A DNA stretch of 63,544 bases, the filler included, from Choristocarpus tenellus KU-1152 (taxonomy: Eukaryota > Protista > Phaeophyceae): the NCBI GenBank assembly GCA_964200185.2. It is 9 parts of 9 records of this genome, joined end to end, with 100 filler letters (N's around TTAATTAATTAA, not from the genome) between each part and the next. Parts side by side here need not be neighbours in the genome. Positions count along the whole stretch, not along the records: positions 1 to 9,559 come from CAXNAD020003577.1; positions 9,660 to 13,529 come from CAXNAD020017477.1; 7 more parts are not named here. One strand, written 5' to 3'. Under the pieces are notes generated by a model. That model saw only the letters and a list, made by a program, of their open reading frames with translations. It was not told where the DNA came from and searched no databases. A program made the translations under genes and the position numbers. The first letter of the stretch is position 1. The number at the start of each line of letters is the position of its first letter. Below are positions 1 through 12,600 of the stretch, piece by piece.

Positions 1-1445
1 CCCCCCCAAGATACTTTGGGTCAAACAGCAGCAGTAGTAGTATAAAAATAGTAAGTAGTTGTGGTTTTAGTTGTAGAACTTTGTAGCAGTGGATTATCAT
101 GAACAAGTATCGTATTTGAAATCAACAAACTCCTATTTCTATATAGAGGTTAATAGTACCATAATCCATTATTATTTTCTGTGAGTAGCTAAATTAGGTC
201 TTTGGGGCTCTGGATATACTCGTTGTATAATATGCATGTATGCATGTATGTCGCTCCTGACCGTGAGATTCGACTAGACCCTGCACCCGTTTGTATATAG
301 TATGTCTGTATGTGCGTGAATATTCGAAAGAAACCTTCTCATGTTCCTGTGAAACCTGCGAGAAAGACGTAGAAGCAGTTGTTTTGGAAACGTGGGATCT
401 TGAGATCTTACATTTATAATGTATTGTGATTAATTCCAAGTAGCGCTGGCTCAGCCAGTAGTACTGTGGGTACAGGCAACGGTTTTATATGACTGCCAGA
501 TAATTATGAGATAGGATGGGTAATTATCACATGGATGGATGAGTGAGTATGTTAGATTTGCGGGTTTCTGATTTCGATGGCCCTGAATCCCCCCCACCTG
601 GTCATCTGTCGGTCTTGTTTATACCACCAACAGTGATCATACCCTTTTAAAGTAATAATAATAAGTGATGATCTAGTCAGTGATCTAACATTGAACATTC
701 TTCAAGGCGTCATCTTCTGCCCGCATTTTTGAGCATTGAGTCCACAATACTACCCAACTTAGTGAGTTCACTCATTTCAACAGCACTTCGTACAATAATG
801 ACACCCGCAATAGCATGCAATCCCAACATAAATAAAAGCATTTATTAAGTGCACATATGTACACATTAAAGGGAGCAATAATCCAAACCTTAAACCTTGC
901 ACTGTTGTCAAGGCAGAAGCAACCAACCATGAGTGTCAACACCTCAATGACTGAAGATAAATGCAGCTTCATCCCTTCAATAATAACTGTCTTCTGAGTC
1001 TGGTGTAGAAGCAGTATCTACCTAATATCCTACACATATTCAGACTTTTCCCCTTCAAGGTGCGAAGATATGCAGGAGTTATACAAAGCGTCACACCCTC
1101 GCAGATCGTATGTATGGAGTGGGCACATGGTTGAGACCTGTTTAGGATAAGACCTGTGGGACCTATGCAACCTGTCTGTGAGACATGTGGTCTGTGTGGG
1201 GTCCAGAACCGCAGTTCCAACTTGGACATGGACCCAGCCTGTGCGATTAGCGTTCATACCTCAGGCCAGATCGGGTGACAGTGCTGTGACCAATGTGTCC
1301 TCGTACCCGTCAGACCCTACAAACCTGGACCTGTTGCATCAGATCAAACCTGGTCCCGTGACAAATTTGGTTGCCGTGGACACCTTGGCAAAGTTGCACT
1401 CAAGTTTCCAAGGTTCTCTCCAATGACAGGGTAATTTGGTTTCGT

Positions 1446-1704
1446 GAGCCAAAGTATCTTAGAGAGTAGAGCAGCGTCCATTTGGGGGCCAAAATCCAAT
1501 GTTGCGATTTTGGTGTAATTTTGGCTATCGTGTTTTCTAGGAAGTGTCAAACTCCATATTCTGGACGCACCATCTCATAACGTATATATTTCGCCTATTC
1601 CGAAATATTTTGGAGTAGGAAAATGTCATTAGAAAAGACATTGGAAGTCAAGCCCTAAATGGACAAACAGGGCAAAACTCACACCCTCTAAGATACTTTC
1701 ACTC
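1446..1704 (+). mobile_element. MITE family A (about 260 bp), complete copy
   Basis: Imperfect ~23-bp TIRs gagccaaagtatcttagag..ctctaagatactttcactc, flanked by the 4-bp duplication tcgt/tcgt. Confidence 0.9.
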
Positions 1705-2609
1705 TCGTGTCAAGTATTGAAGTGTAAAGTATGGTTGTTCTACTTGCAGAAATACAAACACAACTGTATGCCATTTTGACCAAACACAACCTTTTGAAAT
1801 TCCGTCATCTAGAACTACTTACACATAGTTCAAAACGTTATTAAATGGGATCATATCCTATTGATTGAAGTATTTCGAAGTATGAAACATAAAAATGACT
1901 CAAATCTCACACAAGCAAAATGCTAGAGTAGAGAGACCCATGATGGGCGATATACTACCTTAGGTAAACAATATATAACATTGTTGCGTTACATAGTCTG
2001 TCGGAGTTTGCCTATGAAATTTCAGTATTATAAATGAACATTGAAGTGAAGGGCGTTATTAGTAGTATTTTCCCCTAAAAATCCCATCACACAGAACCAG
2101 GCCCCTTAACATAGTGACTTCTTTGAAATATTACGCACACTAATAATAATTGTAGTGCGACTGACCCAGGACAAAAACGCCACTTTCAGTTACATTTGGA
2201 TGGATCTGATTGGGTAGAGCCATTAGGTACTACCAACGACACATACCAGGTAAACAGATCATGTTGTTACATATGACACAAGTCTTTGTCATGGGCGATT
2301 TTGTTCGAGATACTTCCTGAATCACTTAATCAATTCTTGGTTGTGAAGGGCTAAGAATGTCGACTGCATGATGCAATTCGAACAAGGATCAATCGGAGTG
2401 TACACGACTGATTGTTGGGACCTAGCATGTTATGCTTGCTTCTCACTCACCCCTTACCTCAGTACTCCCATAACCTTCGTCGAATGGAATCCCAGTCTGA
2501 TGACCAGTCAAATAACATGCTAGGTCCCAACAATCAGTCGTGTACACTGGGCTTGGCTGGAGTGCATAGCTGCTCTCTCTTTTCGGCGTTGAGGCTAGGC
2601 GATAGTGCG

Positions 2610-2912
2610 GACCGCCTTACTATATCCACCAGGTCACACCAATGACCTGTGCCCTAGACCAAATCTTGAGTCTCGAGAGTATGCAAAGGGGTGCCGTTTG
2701 TATTTATGTTGTGGGTTATGCATATCTCGATTTTCTCTGGAGTAGAGGTTCTGCCTGATTCAAATACTCACTTGACCGCCTTACTGTATCCGCCAGGTCA
2801 CACCAGTGGCCTGTGTGTGCCCTATACCATATCTTGTGGTCTCGAGATAGTGCAAAGGGGTGCCGTTAGCATTTATGTTGTGGGTTATGCATATCTCGAT
2901 TTTCTCTAGAGT
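2610..2912. repeat. Diverged direct duplication of about 135 bp (2610-2743 and 2774-2912)
   Basis: Both copies run accgccttact..caggtcacacca..gcaaaggggtgccgtt..gttatgcatatctcgattttctct. Confidence 0.85.
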
Positions 2913-2994
2913 CCGTTCGTGCCCTCGCTGCTTGTTTACGTTCTCCTTTGTTGCAATCATCTTTCAGGTACAGAAGTAACCAGCAGTTCAATCA

Positions 2995-3182
2995 GAGCCA
3001 AAGTATATTAGAGGGGTCAAAATCCAATGTTGCGATTTCGATGTAATTTTGGCTATCGTGTTTGTTAGGAAGTGTCAATATCCTTGTTCCGGACACACCT
3101 TTTCATAACGTATATATTTTACCTACGCCGAAATCATTTCGGAGTGGGAAAAAGTAATAAAAACCCCGAAGGAAATCAAGCC
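2995..3182 (+). mobile_element. MITE family A, 5' part, truncated by the 42-bp tandem array
   Basis: Aligns by eye to the 1446 copy from the left TIR to ggaaatcaagcc, with a small internal deletion. Confidence 0.8.
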
Positions 3183-3686
3183 AGCTCGTCACGATTAATT
3201 AGTCGCTTCGACGATTGATTTCCCAGCTCACCACGATTATTTAGTCGATTCCACGATTGATTTCCCAGCTCACCACGATTTATTAGTTGATTCCACGATC
3301 GATTTTCCAGCTCACCACGATTAATTAGTCGATTCCACGATTGATTTACTCACCATGATTAATTAGTTGATTCAACAATTGATTTCCCAGCTCACCACGA
3401 TTAACTAGTCGATTCCACGATTGATTTCCCGGCTCACCATGATTAATTAATTAGTCGCTTCGACGATTGATTTCCCAGCTCGTCACAATTAATTAGTCGA
3501 TTCCACGATTGATTTCCCAGCTCCCCATGATTAATTAGTTGATTCGACAATTGATTTCCCAGCTCACAACGATTAACTAGTCGCTTCGACGATTGATTTC
3601 CCAGCTCACCACGATTAAATAGTCGATTCCACGATTGATTTCCCAGGAATGCCACGATTATTAGTCGGTTCAACGATTGATTTCCC
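3181..3686. repeat. Tandem minisatellite, 42-bp unit, about 12 copies
   Basis: Unit tcccagctcaccacgattaattagtcgattccacgattgatt, with starts at 3221, 3263 and onward. Confidence 0.95.
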
Positions 3687-4269
3687 GTTTTTGTACCAAG
3701 TGATACAAAAACGATATTGTACCATATCAATTCTGTACCTCTTTGTTCGGCCATGGGTGAACAAAATCGGGGCACCTACTCAAATGCGCATACTGTATGT
3801 GAATAGTTTTCGTTAGTTTTGCCCTTGTGACATCTCCAAAATGTCGGACCAAATAATAATTATCTTGTATCCTAAAAGTGGAAAGTGTAAGAATCTCGCG
3901 CGCCATTGGTTCTCGCGGAGACAACCTCACCAACCATCCACCACATATGTTGGGTTACTTCCATTCTGCCAAGTTAGCACACTTTTCATGGAACGCAGTT
4001 GGCATTCGCATTTCTTACCAGCAACTCGGCCAGTTGTGCTATCATGGCAATGATTTATCTCCAAAAACCGCCGGCTCTTGGAGATGTGGCTTCGAAGGTT
4101 ATTCGGCAGACCATGGCTTCTGGTGAGGTCCGATTCGTGACAGCTTCTCTTTGCACGGCTAGATGGTCAATTTCCGTGGTCTTGGATTACTACTGCTGCT
4201 GGATCGATTTGACAACGCGTGGGTCCTTCCCTTGTCGCCAATGAAAACCAAGGTTTAGGTCGCGTTTTG

Positions 4270-7200
4270 ATGTGGGCAAAGGTGAACGCTCGTCACCGCA
4301 CTTTATCCTCTCTGGATGGGAAAGTGCAAGGTGAAATCATGGATCGATGCAATGGTCTCCATGAGAGCTTTTTGCAGCCATTGAATGATCGGTTGCATGG
4401 GCCACTGGAGAAGAGCAATACTGGAGGATATCACTCTACGAAGATGCCCTTCGTTTTTCTTCTCGGCAACCACAGTTCTGGGAAGTCAAGCTTCATCAAC
4501 TACGTCCTAGGTCGAACAATTCAAAAGGCTGGAGTGGCACCCACAGATGACAGGTGATGAACATTTGCTGGTACTTTTGCATGATCTATTTTAGTTTTGA
4601 CAGTTGTTTTTGAGCACACCAGAACGTTTTCAGTTTGTAAATGTGCTTTGTGTTCCCTTCAAGTATTTTTTTGAATACTGAAGCAAGTCATTCCGGATGA
4701 GACTTCCCTAGACTTTGCAATCAAACATAGTCCTTCACAAGCAATGTATAATACTTGGCCCAGTTCCTAGTGTACGAGTCGTACGTACGTCGTGATGGAT
4801 CTTTCTTCGTCCTCCGTGTTTTCCTGCCAACAAAGATCGCTTGCCTCACCACTCTGAGAGCAAGACCAAGTATGTGCAATATGTTTTAGTTAATCATTGG
4901 AGATTGAAGGCGAAAGTTCACATCTAATCTTCTGGTGAATTTCTTCCCGCCCACTTACCCGAAACCCTTCCTTTCCTGCTACAGTGACTGACCCTTCGGT
5001 CGTTCTCTCCCTTACCTTGAATGACGTGTTGACAGCTTCACAATTATTGCGCCAGGACCTTCAGATATAGATCAGGATGGTCCAGCTTTGGTTGGTGATC
5101 CTGATATGGGGTTCTTGGGTCTACGACAATTTGGGCCAACACTTATCCACCATACTTCTCTAAAGATCAGGTCAGGTATCAGTACAAACTCATTCATGAT
5201 GGTGGACAGTCCAGGCATGATAGATAGTCCAGTGTCAAGGCAGTCCAACTTTGATAGGCCAAGGACAAGCCTCCTGGAGGGACAAGTGAGAGGTGCGTCA
5301 GACAGCAGGGGTTACGACTTTCAAGGTGTTGTTCGTTGGTTTGCAGAGCGGGCAGATGTTATCCTTCTGTTCTTTGACCCAGACAAGCCAGGGACTACGG
5401 GGGAAACGCTCTCTATTCTGACGAATTCTCTACCAGGGATGGACCACAAGCTGTACATAATCCTCAACAAGGTATGGATGTACCTGTCTTTATTTGTGTT
5501 TGGAGAATGGTTTTATACTTGTGTGGGTGATGCAAGATGTTCTTCAGTCATGGGCGTTTGTAAATTTTACTTGCCTTTCTTAATCCGATTTTTTTTTTTG
5601 TTATTAAGTGCTCATTTTGTGCTGAAACCATCAACTGCCAAGGGGTCTGCACCATGCACCACACCAACTCCTTTGTTTTGCTCATGCTTGTGGTGATGGA
5701 TAATGGACAGGCTGATCAGTTTGCCAAGATACATGATTTTGCCAGAGCCTATGGATCTCTCTGCTGGAACCTTAGTAAGGTACTTCAGACAAGTATGGTG
5801 CAGACTGGTTTGTATTCTTAGCTGAGTTTCTGTTCTTGTTTATAGATGCCCCAGCCTAATAAGAGGTGTATGGATTTCCCTGAAAGTATTCTGTTCATTT
5901 ACTTGACACTCATTTTAAGCTTTCTTTTGCCCCCTTTACCTTTTCTCCAGCGTATCTTCGCTCCACTTGTGTTCAACAACTCAAGAATATGATTGTGATA
6001 CTACTAGGGTTTGTTTAATTTTTTTATACTACTCATCGTTCCCGATTTTTTTATTTTTTTTATTTTTTTTTATAAATACCATTTATACCTTGTTCATGCA
6101 GGTTATTCCCCGAAAAGACCTTCCACGCATCTATACAATGTGCATACCTGTACAAGATAAGAGACTAGATGGAGAAGAAAGGGACAATGCCTCACTCAGC
6201 AGTAGTGGCCTGCAAGATCTTGAGGTAGGCAATGCCTCTCTGATTCTGATTCTTGTGCAAGTGAAAAAGGAAGGCCCCCAGCTCGTGTTTTATGCATGTA
6301 TGATCAGCAAGTAACCTACCCCTAACATCCTGTATATCCTCCTCAGTGCGTAGTAGCAGTGTATATACAGTGTGTTCATCACAGGTTATGTTGGACTTAG
6401 CAATGGTTGCACAAGTATATATGAGGGAGAGCTGATCTTCCTCATCCCCTCTCCGTATGGAACTCTATTTTGGTATGTGCTGCAATGCAGGCAACACGGG
6501 AGGATGTGAAAGCTGAAGTGATGAAGGCCCCCAAGCGGAGAATCGACAATATTATTACAAGATTAACAGACTCAGTACACCTTCTACAAGTCCACACAAG
6601 GGTATGCTATTCCTTTACCTGCACAACTTTCCCCTTACCACCTTATTGTGATGCTGTTTCTTGATCATTGTTGGTGTTTGTTGTCTGACTTTACAGATTT
6701 AGTTTTATGTTGACGCTTCTTACATTGCACCTCTCAACTACTTGCCTAGTATGTAATATTTTTCACTTTGATTCTCGCTAGTTAATTATATATATATATA
6801 TATATAGGAAATTGGCAACATCTGTTTACATATGTCCATTCAGTTGTTGGTCCCATCTCTACTTCCTCTCTCTTAATTCACTAAAATTTCTTGACAGTAT
6901 AATGCACCTGCTACATAAACGGTCCAGTAAATCCCGAGTATATCTCAATGGGGTGACTGCTGAACAATGAGCAGGGAGATTAATGATTCAACGCTCTAGT
7001 GGTGTATGTTGATTCTATGTCAGTGGAGATGCAATTGTTTCGTTGGAGGAAAAACTTCCAAGTGAACCCTCTATCTGGGGCACAGGTGTAAAAGGCACCT
7101 GAGTTTTTAAACACGCAAATAAGGGGCTGCATCTTTTTAAACACTGACAACACACATTCTTCACTGCCTATGCACACATTGTAACAGCCTGCGGGCTGTT

Positions 7201-8519
7201 CAGTAGTATATGCTTATGATGATTATTGACTGTTATGTTTTTGCATTTTCTTGTGTCGAGCCCATACTAAAACCTCACTCTGCAGAAAATATATGTTGTG
7301 ACCAATTCAGGACAGGAAAAGTGTGCTCTGAGTAGTAACCTACTTTTTGTTATCCTCTGCACACAGATTCTTGATGATATCCAGAGAGAGTATAATCGGT
7401 TCAAGTGGATGCGACATGGTACAACAATTTCTTTGTTGGCTACAGGTGGATGTCTCACTGGGGGGAGCATCTACCTGGGGGGTCCTGTGGAGGTTACTGG
7501 TGGCTTAGTTGCCATAAGTTTAGTAGGGGCTGCTGGATTGCAGGTATTTTGGGCTCTGTTGATAATTCTATGATCATGTGACCCCTATCAGGTGACAAAT
7601 GTGGGTCCAACACTGCCATTGTTTTCACGTAAATGACCAAAAGTAGACATTTGTACTCAGTGTTGACATAACATGCATAATGACATTCCTCAGGAAGGAT
7701 AGATTTTTGTTCAGTTTCAATGATGCTATGACCTGAATACAAACTCCTTACATGTACTCTCTCAATGTTTTGGAATTTTGAAGTACACCAACTCTAAGGC
7801 ACTGGTTGCCAAAGAAGACGAGATGCTTAGTGTGGAGGGTCTCAACCATTTGTTCAACAAGTGAGTGAGAAGCACGGATTCGTATTATTTGAAAATGAGT
7901 AGAGAGCTCTTCACTTGATGGCGTGAGATCCTCATGACTTCCTCTTCTATGTTTTATTTGATGAGCCTTTCATGAACTTGTAGTTGACCAATGAGGGAAG
8001 TAGTGAGTGTAAGGATTTGCATTGTTGACCTATCGTGTGCTTTGTTCATCATTGACTCAAGAATAGAGTACATCTACCATGGTTTAATATTTATATTCTT
8101 GAGGTTTGACCACAGTGATTCAGGCTATGGCCATTATTTTTTATCAGGTGGACTTTGTGGAGTAAGTGGATCACATGTTGGTGATCACATGTTGGTGACC
8201 ACATGTTGGTGCTTTCACACATACTTGTCTTCGAGCGTTTTTGAATTTTTTTATTTCATTGTTGTAATTCTGCAGGGGTTATGCACGTGAGCTAGCTGAG
8301 GGAGATGAGTCCATTTCTGCTGTCTGGAAGCGGATAAGAGACAACCTTCAAGTTACACTCTCTGCCATGGGTGTGGATGGTGTGAGCCGAGTCAAGAGTG
8401 GAGAGTTGCGTGAATTACAACGTATACTAGATAAGGAGGTACCAGACCTGCGTAGAGAGGCAGCACCTGTACGGTTCTCTTTCTTTGGTGCTAAGAGTCA
8501 AAAAGATGACAGCAAGTAA
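4270..8519 (+). CDS. EHD/dynamin-superfamily P-loop GTPase, 8 exons, with C-terminal hydrophobic hairpin and no EH domain
   Basis: GT-AG exons join in frame: 4270-4553, 5036-5471, 5711-5779, 6102-6224, 6491-6601, 7367-7543, 7784-7860, 8276-8519 (TAA). Motifs: G1 GNHSSGKSS, GVAPTDDSF, G3 VDSPGM, RGYDFQGVVRWFAERADVILLFFDP, LNKAD, ARAYGSLCWNLSKV, all typical of EHD/sarcalumenin-like GTPase domains. Start ATG 4270 is the first in-frame ATG after the stop at 4210 and is not confirmed. Confidence 0.9.
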
Positions 8520-9333
8520 GACGCAAGAGTAAATATTAATAATACATACATGCATGTGATTGAATTATGATATTTTTTGGACAGTTGTGAGGGCTGATTA
8601 GTTGGCCCCACTTGTTTGTACTGTCCATGTTAAATACCTCCTTGTGGTTGCTGCTATTATATTTCTCAATGCAGATTGCCAAGATTGCCATTGAGCGCTC
8701 TCATATGAGTCTGACAAATGTCTCTATTAGATTGATGCCTGCATGCACACTGGAGTACCCTTTGTGTTATTGTATTGTAGTAATTTGTCAAGACAGCATT
8801 GAGTAATGAGTACAATGTTACATTTCTGAAATGATTTAATCTCACCTAGGGTAGGTTCATGCTAATATTTTGACATTCTGCTGAGCGTATGGTATACTTG
8901 TGGTGTTTGCTGTTAGTTATTATCTCTTCATATTGAATGTTCTCTTGAACAGCAGGTTTATTGTTTCATCTACCAAGATATGTGTATCTAAGATCTATCC
9001 ATAAGTCAAGCAGGTTCTAGACCTGATGCACACCGTTTTATGCCAATATTGTTTTAAGATCATGGTAAGTTAGTTCTGCTGAGTCATGAATTTCGGGCAC
9101 CTTAGAGCTCACAGGTGTATGGTTGGTTTGTGGCGATGTCCACAATGTGTTAGCATGGTCATCTAAACTTCACACTATTTTTTTTCACCATGTTTACAAA
9201 GCATGTGATACTCATAAATATATGTAGTTTATGTATGTTCTGGTTTTTCTAGCAGACAAGACCCATGAGAATCCCCCTTTTTAGCTGTCACGCGGAAAGG
9301 TCTCTTGCACAAATATTGATCTAACAGCTGAAA

Positions 9334-9559
9334 TATTCAACTATTGTGAAGTAGAGTATAAATTGTACAGGTACCCTTATTCAACTATTTGAAGTAGAGT
9401 ATAAATTGTACAGGTACCCTTATTCAACTATTTGAAGTAGAGTATAAATTGTACAGGTACCCTTATTCAACTATTTGAAGTAGAGTATAAATTGTACAGG
9501 TACCCTTATTCAACTATTTGAAGTAGAGTATAAATTGTACAGGTACCCTTATTCAACTA
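9334..9559. repeat. Tandem repeat, 43-bp unit, at least 5 near-identical copies running into the gap
   Basis: Unit tattcaactatttgaagtagagtataaattgtacaggtaccct at 9378, 9421, 9464 and 9507, with a variant at 9334. Confidence 0.95.
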
Positions 9560-9659
9560 NNNNNNNNNNNNNNNNNNNNNNNNNNNNNNNNNNNNNNNNN
9601 NNNTTAATTAATTAANNNNNNNNNNNNNNNNNNNNNNNNNNNNNNNNNNNNNNNNNNNN
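9560..9659. other. Artificial contig linker N44-TTAATTAATTAA-N44 (also at 13530, 17462, 31009, 33834, 44084, 48929 and 60575)
   Basis: Eight identical 100-bp spacers whose core has stop codons in all six frames. Confidence 0.97.
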
Positions 9660-12600
9660 CCGTGTCGCGCGGAGTGGAATGGTGGTTGCGGGGCGGGGGC
9701 ACGGGGGGGGGGGGGTGCGGTTGGGGGGGGGGGGGGGGTGGTTTGTGAGGGGGCGTCCGTTTTGGTCTCGACGTTGGTTGACACCCTCCTCGATCTCGTC
9801 CTCTGTCATGTACGACCCCAGTTGAGGGGGTAAAGAGGTTTTGCTATCGTCCGGGGTGTAGCACACTGAGTAAGTGTACGCCCCTGAACCATCTACGTGA
9901 ACATCGCTGACCTTCCCCTGTACGATGGCCTCTCCACTTGCGGGTAGGATGAAGCAGGTTCCTCGACCGAACTTGGCGTCTGACGTGTCCCTAAGTCTGA
10001 GTTGTCTAGAGAAGCTAGCAGGTATCCCACCGAGAGATTGCCGGTTGGATTCCGAGGCGAACCTCTGGTATTCACCAGGCAGGATCGTGAATGTGTTGTC
10101 CAGGTGGTTGTGGTCGATGTCCCTGAAGTCTGAGATGATGATAGCCTGAAGGGGCACGACGCGGGGACCCGATTGTGCATCCTGCATCACCACAGACATG
10201 TTCGTTGTGGGGGCTGTGTTGGTGTCTAGGACTATTGAAATATGTTTGTGTGTGATGGCCTGGTTTGACTGTATAGGGATGTTGGAAGTTGTCTTTTTGA
10301 GGAACGGATAGTATTATGTACGATAGAGGATATACTTTGGCAGCGAAATGAACGTATGGGACGCGCTTGTTTGCCCTGCATAAGTTGCGAAAAAAGAATT
10401 TGAAAGGTGTGTCAGTGGCGGTTGCAGATTGGGACAACAAAATTACACTGGTTTGGATGTTAGGATTGGACGTTATGGGAGGAATTTATGTTGGTCGGAG
10501 GGGATATAGGGGGGTATGTGACATCTGTATATGGACACCGTGGATTCATTCGTGTGGGGCATTGTTTTGTTAGAAGCAATAAGAGGCGTTACTCACCTTG
10601 TCCATCCGTGACATGTGAATAGTTGGCACGTCATCAATGAAGCTAGCACTCAGCACCTCGAAGTATTCAGTGACAAAGACGACCTCATCTCCAGCACTGA
10701 ACATCCCTCCATAGCTGGAGTGGTGTCTGGTGTTCCTTTGAATCGTGTCCCTGCGGTGGATAGTGAATGGCAAGAACTCTATACTATTGTACTCCGATGG
10801 CTGCGTCTGCACAATGCATATGTTCCCCTCGGCAAGCTGTCTCTTCTTCCTCGACAGCTGACTTCTCATATACATATCACCCGTTCCTGCTTCAGTGGAA
10901 AATCCGAGGTTTATCTCCTTAAGTGGGTGCACGTGTATTATTTGCCACCTGCATTGGGCGAGGTTGCCGATGGAACAGTTCGTGCAGTAGCACGACAATT
11001 CGGTGTATATCAATGTACGGGAGTCTCGGGTTGTGAGCTGACCAGTGAAGAGCCTGTGCATGGACTTGATTCCACTGAGGTTCGGGACACGTGTGGGCCG
11101 TGTCGTCCCGCACGATTGATCTTGTAAGACGGAAGGTGGACTATCTCCTGTGTGCGGAACGTGTCGATGTATGGAAGTTTCGTATACGTGCTACTGTGCT
11201 GTCTGCCGTCCCTGTCCGTCCAATCCTAAGGGTTGTGGTGATTATGCGTATAAGGGGAGGGGTAGTACATGTTGGAGTCAGTGTCGGCACTGAGGCAGTG
11301 TGCTGCGACCGATTCGATGTGATGGCGTTCAATTGTAAATAGTTGTGCTACCCATTGCTGTAACGAGTGTTTGGTAATGACGGATGGCAGTGTGTGATGA
11401 AACCCAAAACTTGGAGGTTTGTGTTAGTTTGCCGATTGGTAGACAATCGAGAAATAGAGGGCAATGGTTCAAAGTGTGCACGGACTTTGATTGGTCGATT
11501 AGGAAGTGCGTATGTGCGATCATCATGTGATTCGTGGTGTAGGCATGAAGGGAAGGAACGGATGTGACATAATGGGTCGACAAAATCTATTACCTTGGTG
11601 GAATATACGGGTTGGCAAGGGATGTGAGGGTGTAGACAGTAACGAGTTGCAAGCAGGGATTAATTATTGTGAGTAGGAAAATCATACACGTTGTAAATGT
11701 GGTATATATTCTTGTAGCAAGCAATGGATATATGGCCGACGTTGTTACGTGGAAGGAAACAATAACTTTGAGTTTCGGGTTGGTTTATCGATTGGAAGAC
11801 TTAGTCTAAATCGAGGGCGATGGTTGCAAGTGTGCTCGGACGGTGTGCGGTCGATAAGTAAATGCGTATGTGCGATTATCATGTGATTCGTGGTGTCGAC
11901 GTGTGGGAAAGCGCGGATGTGACCTAATGGGTCAACCATATCTATTGCGTATTTAGTGTGTATGGGTTGTGGAGGGGCGAGAGGGTCGAGACTGATGGGA
12001 GTGGCAAGGAGGGATCAGGTCCAGAGTGCGAGGAGAATCATGCATGTAATGTATGTGGTATGTATTCCTGCAACAAGCGATGTGTATATGGTCGACGTTG
12101 AGACAGTGGAAAGAAAGCAAGAACTCTTGGAGTTTTGCGCGAGTTTACCGATTGGCAGACTTGTATGAAATAGGTGGCGATAGTTGTAAGTGTGTGTGGA
12201 CTATCCGTGTAGTCATTTCATACGCGCGTATGTGTTATCTTGATGCTGCGCATGTTGTTAGTGTGAAGGGAGTGATGGACGTGACATAAGTTCAAACAGT
12301 ACATATTGAGTGTTTGTTGCATATGTGAGTAAGGAGTGCACGTGTTGCGGTTGTCATCAGTGGCAAGGCAGAGGCAGAATTTGTGAGTGGGAGGGGGGGT
12401 GGTCATATTGAGTGTGTCTACCTTTGTGACGATTGTCTGTCTGGGAGGAAGCTTATGACCTTTGCGATAGCACCATTCTTCCACCGGTGCTGGATCCCTC
12501 AATGTGTATTGAGTTTTGGTTGCCTTGATCAAATCCACTAGGGATGAGGTTCCTGGCATGCGCATCCCGTCTAGTTCCAGTCTCCTGGCAGCAGACTTCA

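Noticed and set aside
712-1008. Two possible minus-strand terminal exons (ILLLHQTQK.. and AVEMSELTKLG..)
   Set aside because: Phases are compatible, but there is no recognisable motif or upstream exon.
3181-3686. Possible CRISPR-like array
   Set aside because: Units are contiguous with no unique spacers, there are no cas genes, and the context is eukaryotic.
9334-9559. Possible CRISPR-like array or functional repeat
   Set aside because: Head-to-tail identical 43-mers without spacers that end at a gap. The copy number is unreliable.
9604-9615. Recurrent TTAATTAATTAA motif between N runs
   Set aside because: It is identical at all eight gaps and has stops in six frames, so it is an artificial linker. 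Gene neighbourhoods across it were not interpreted.
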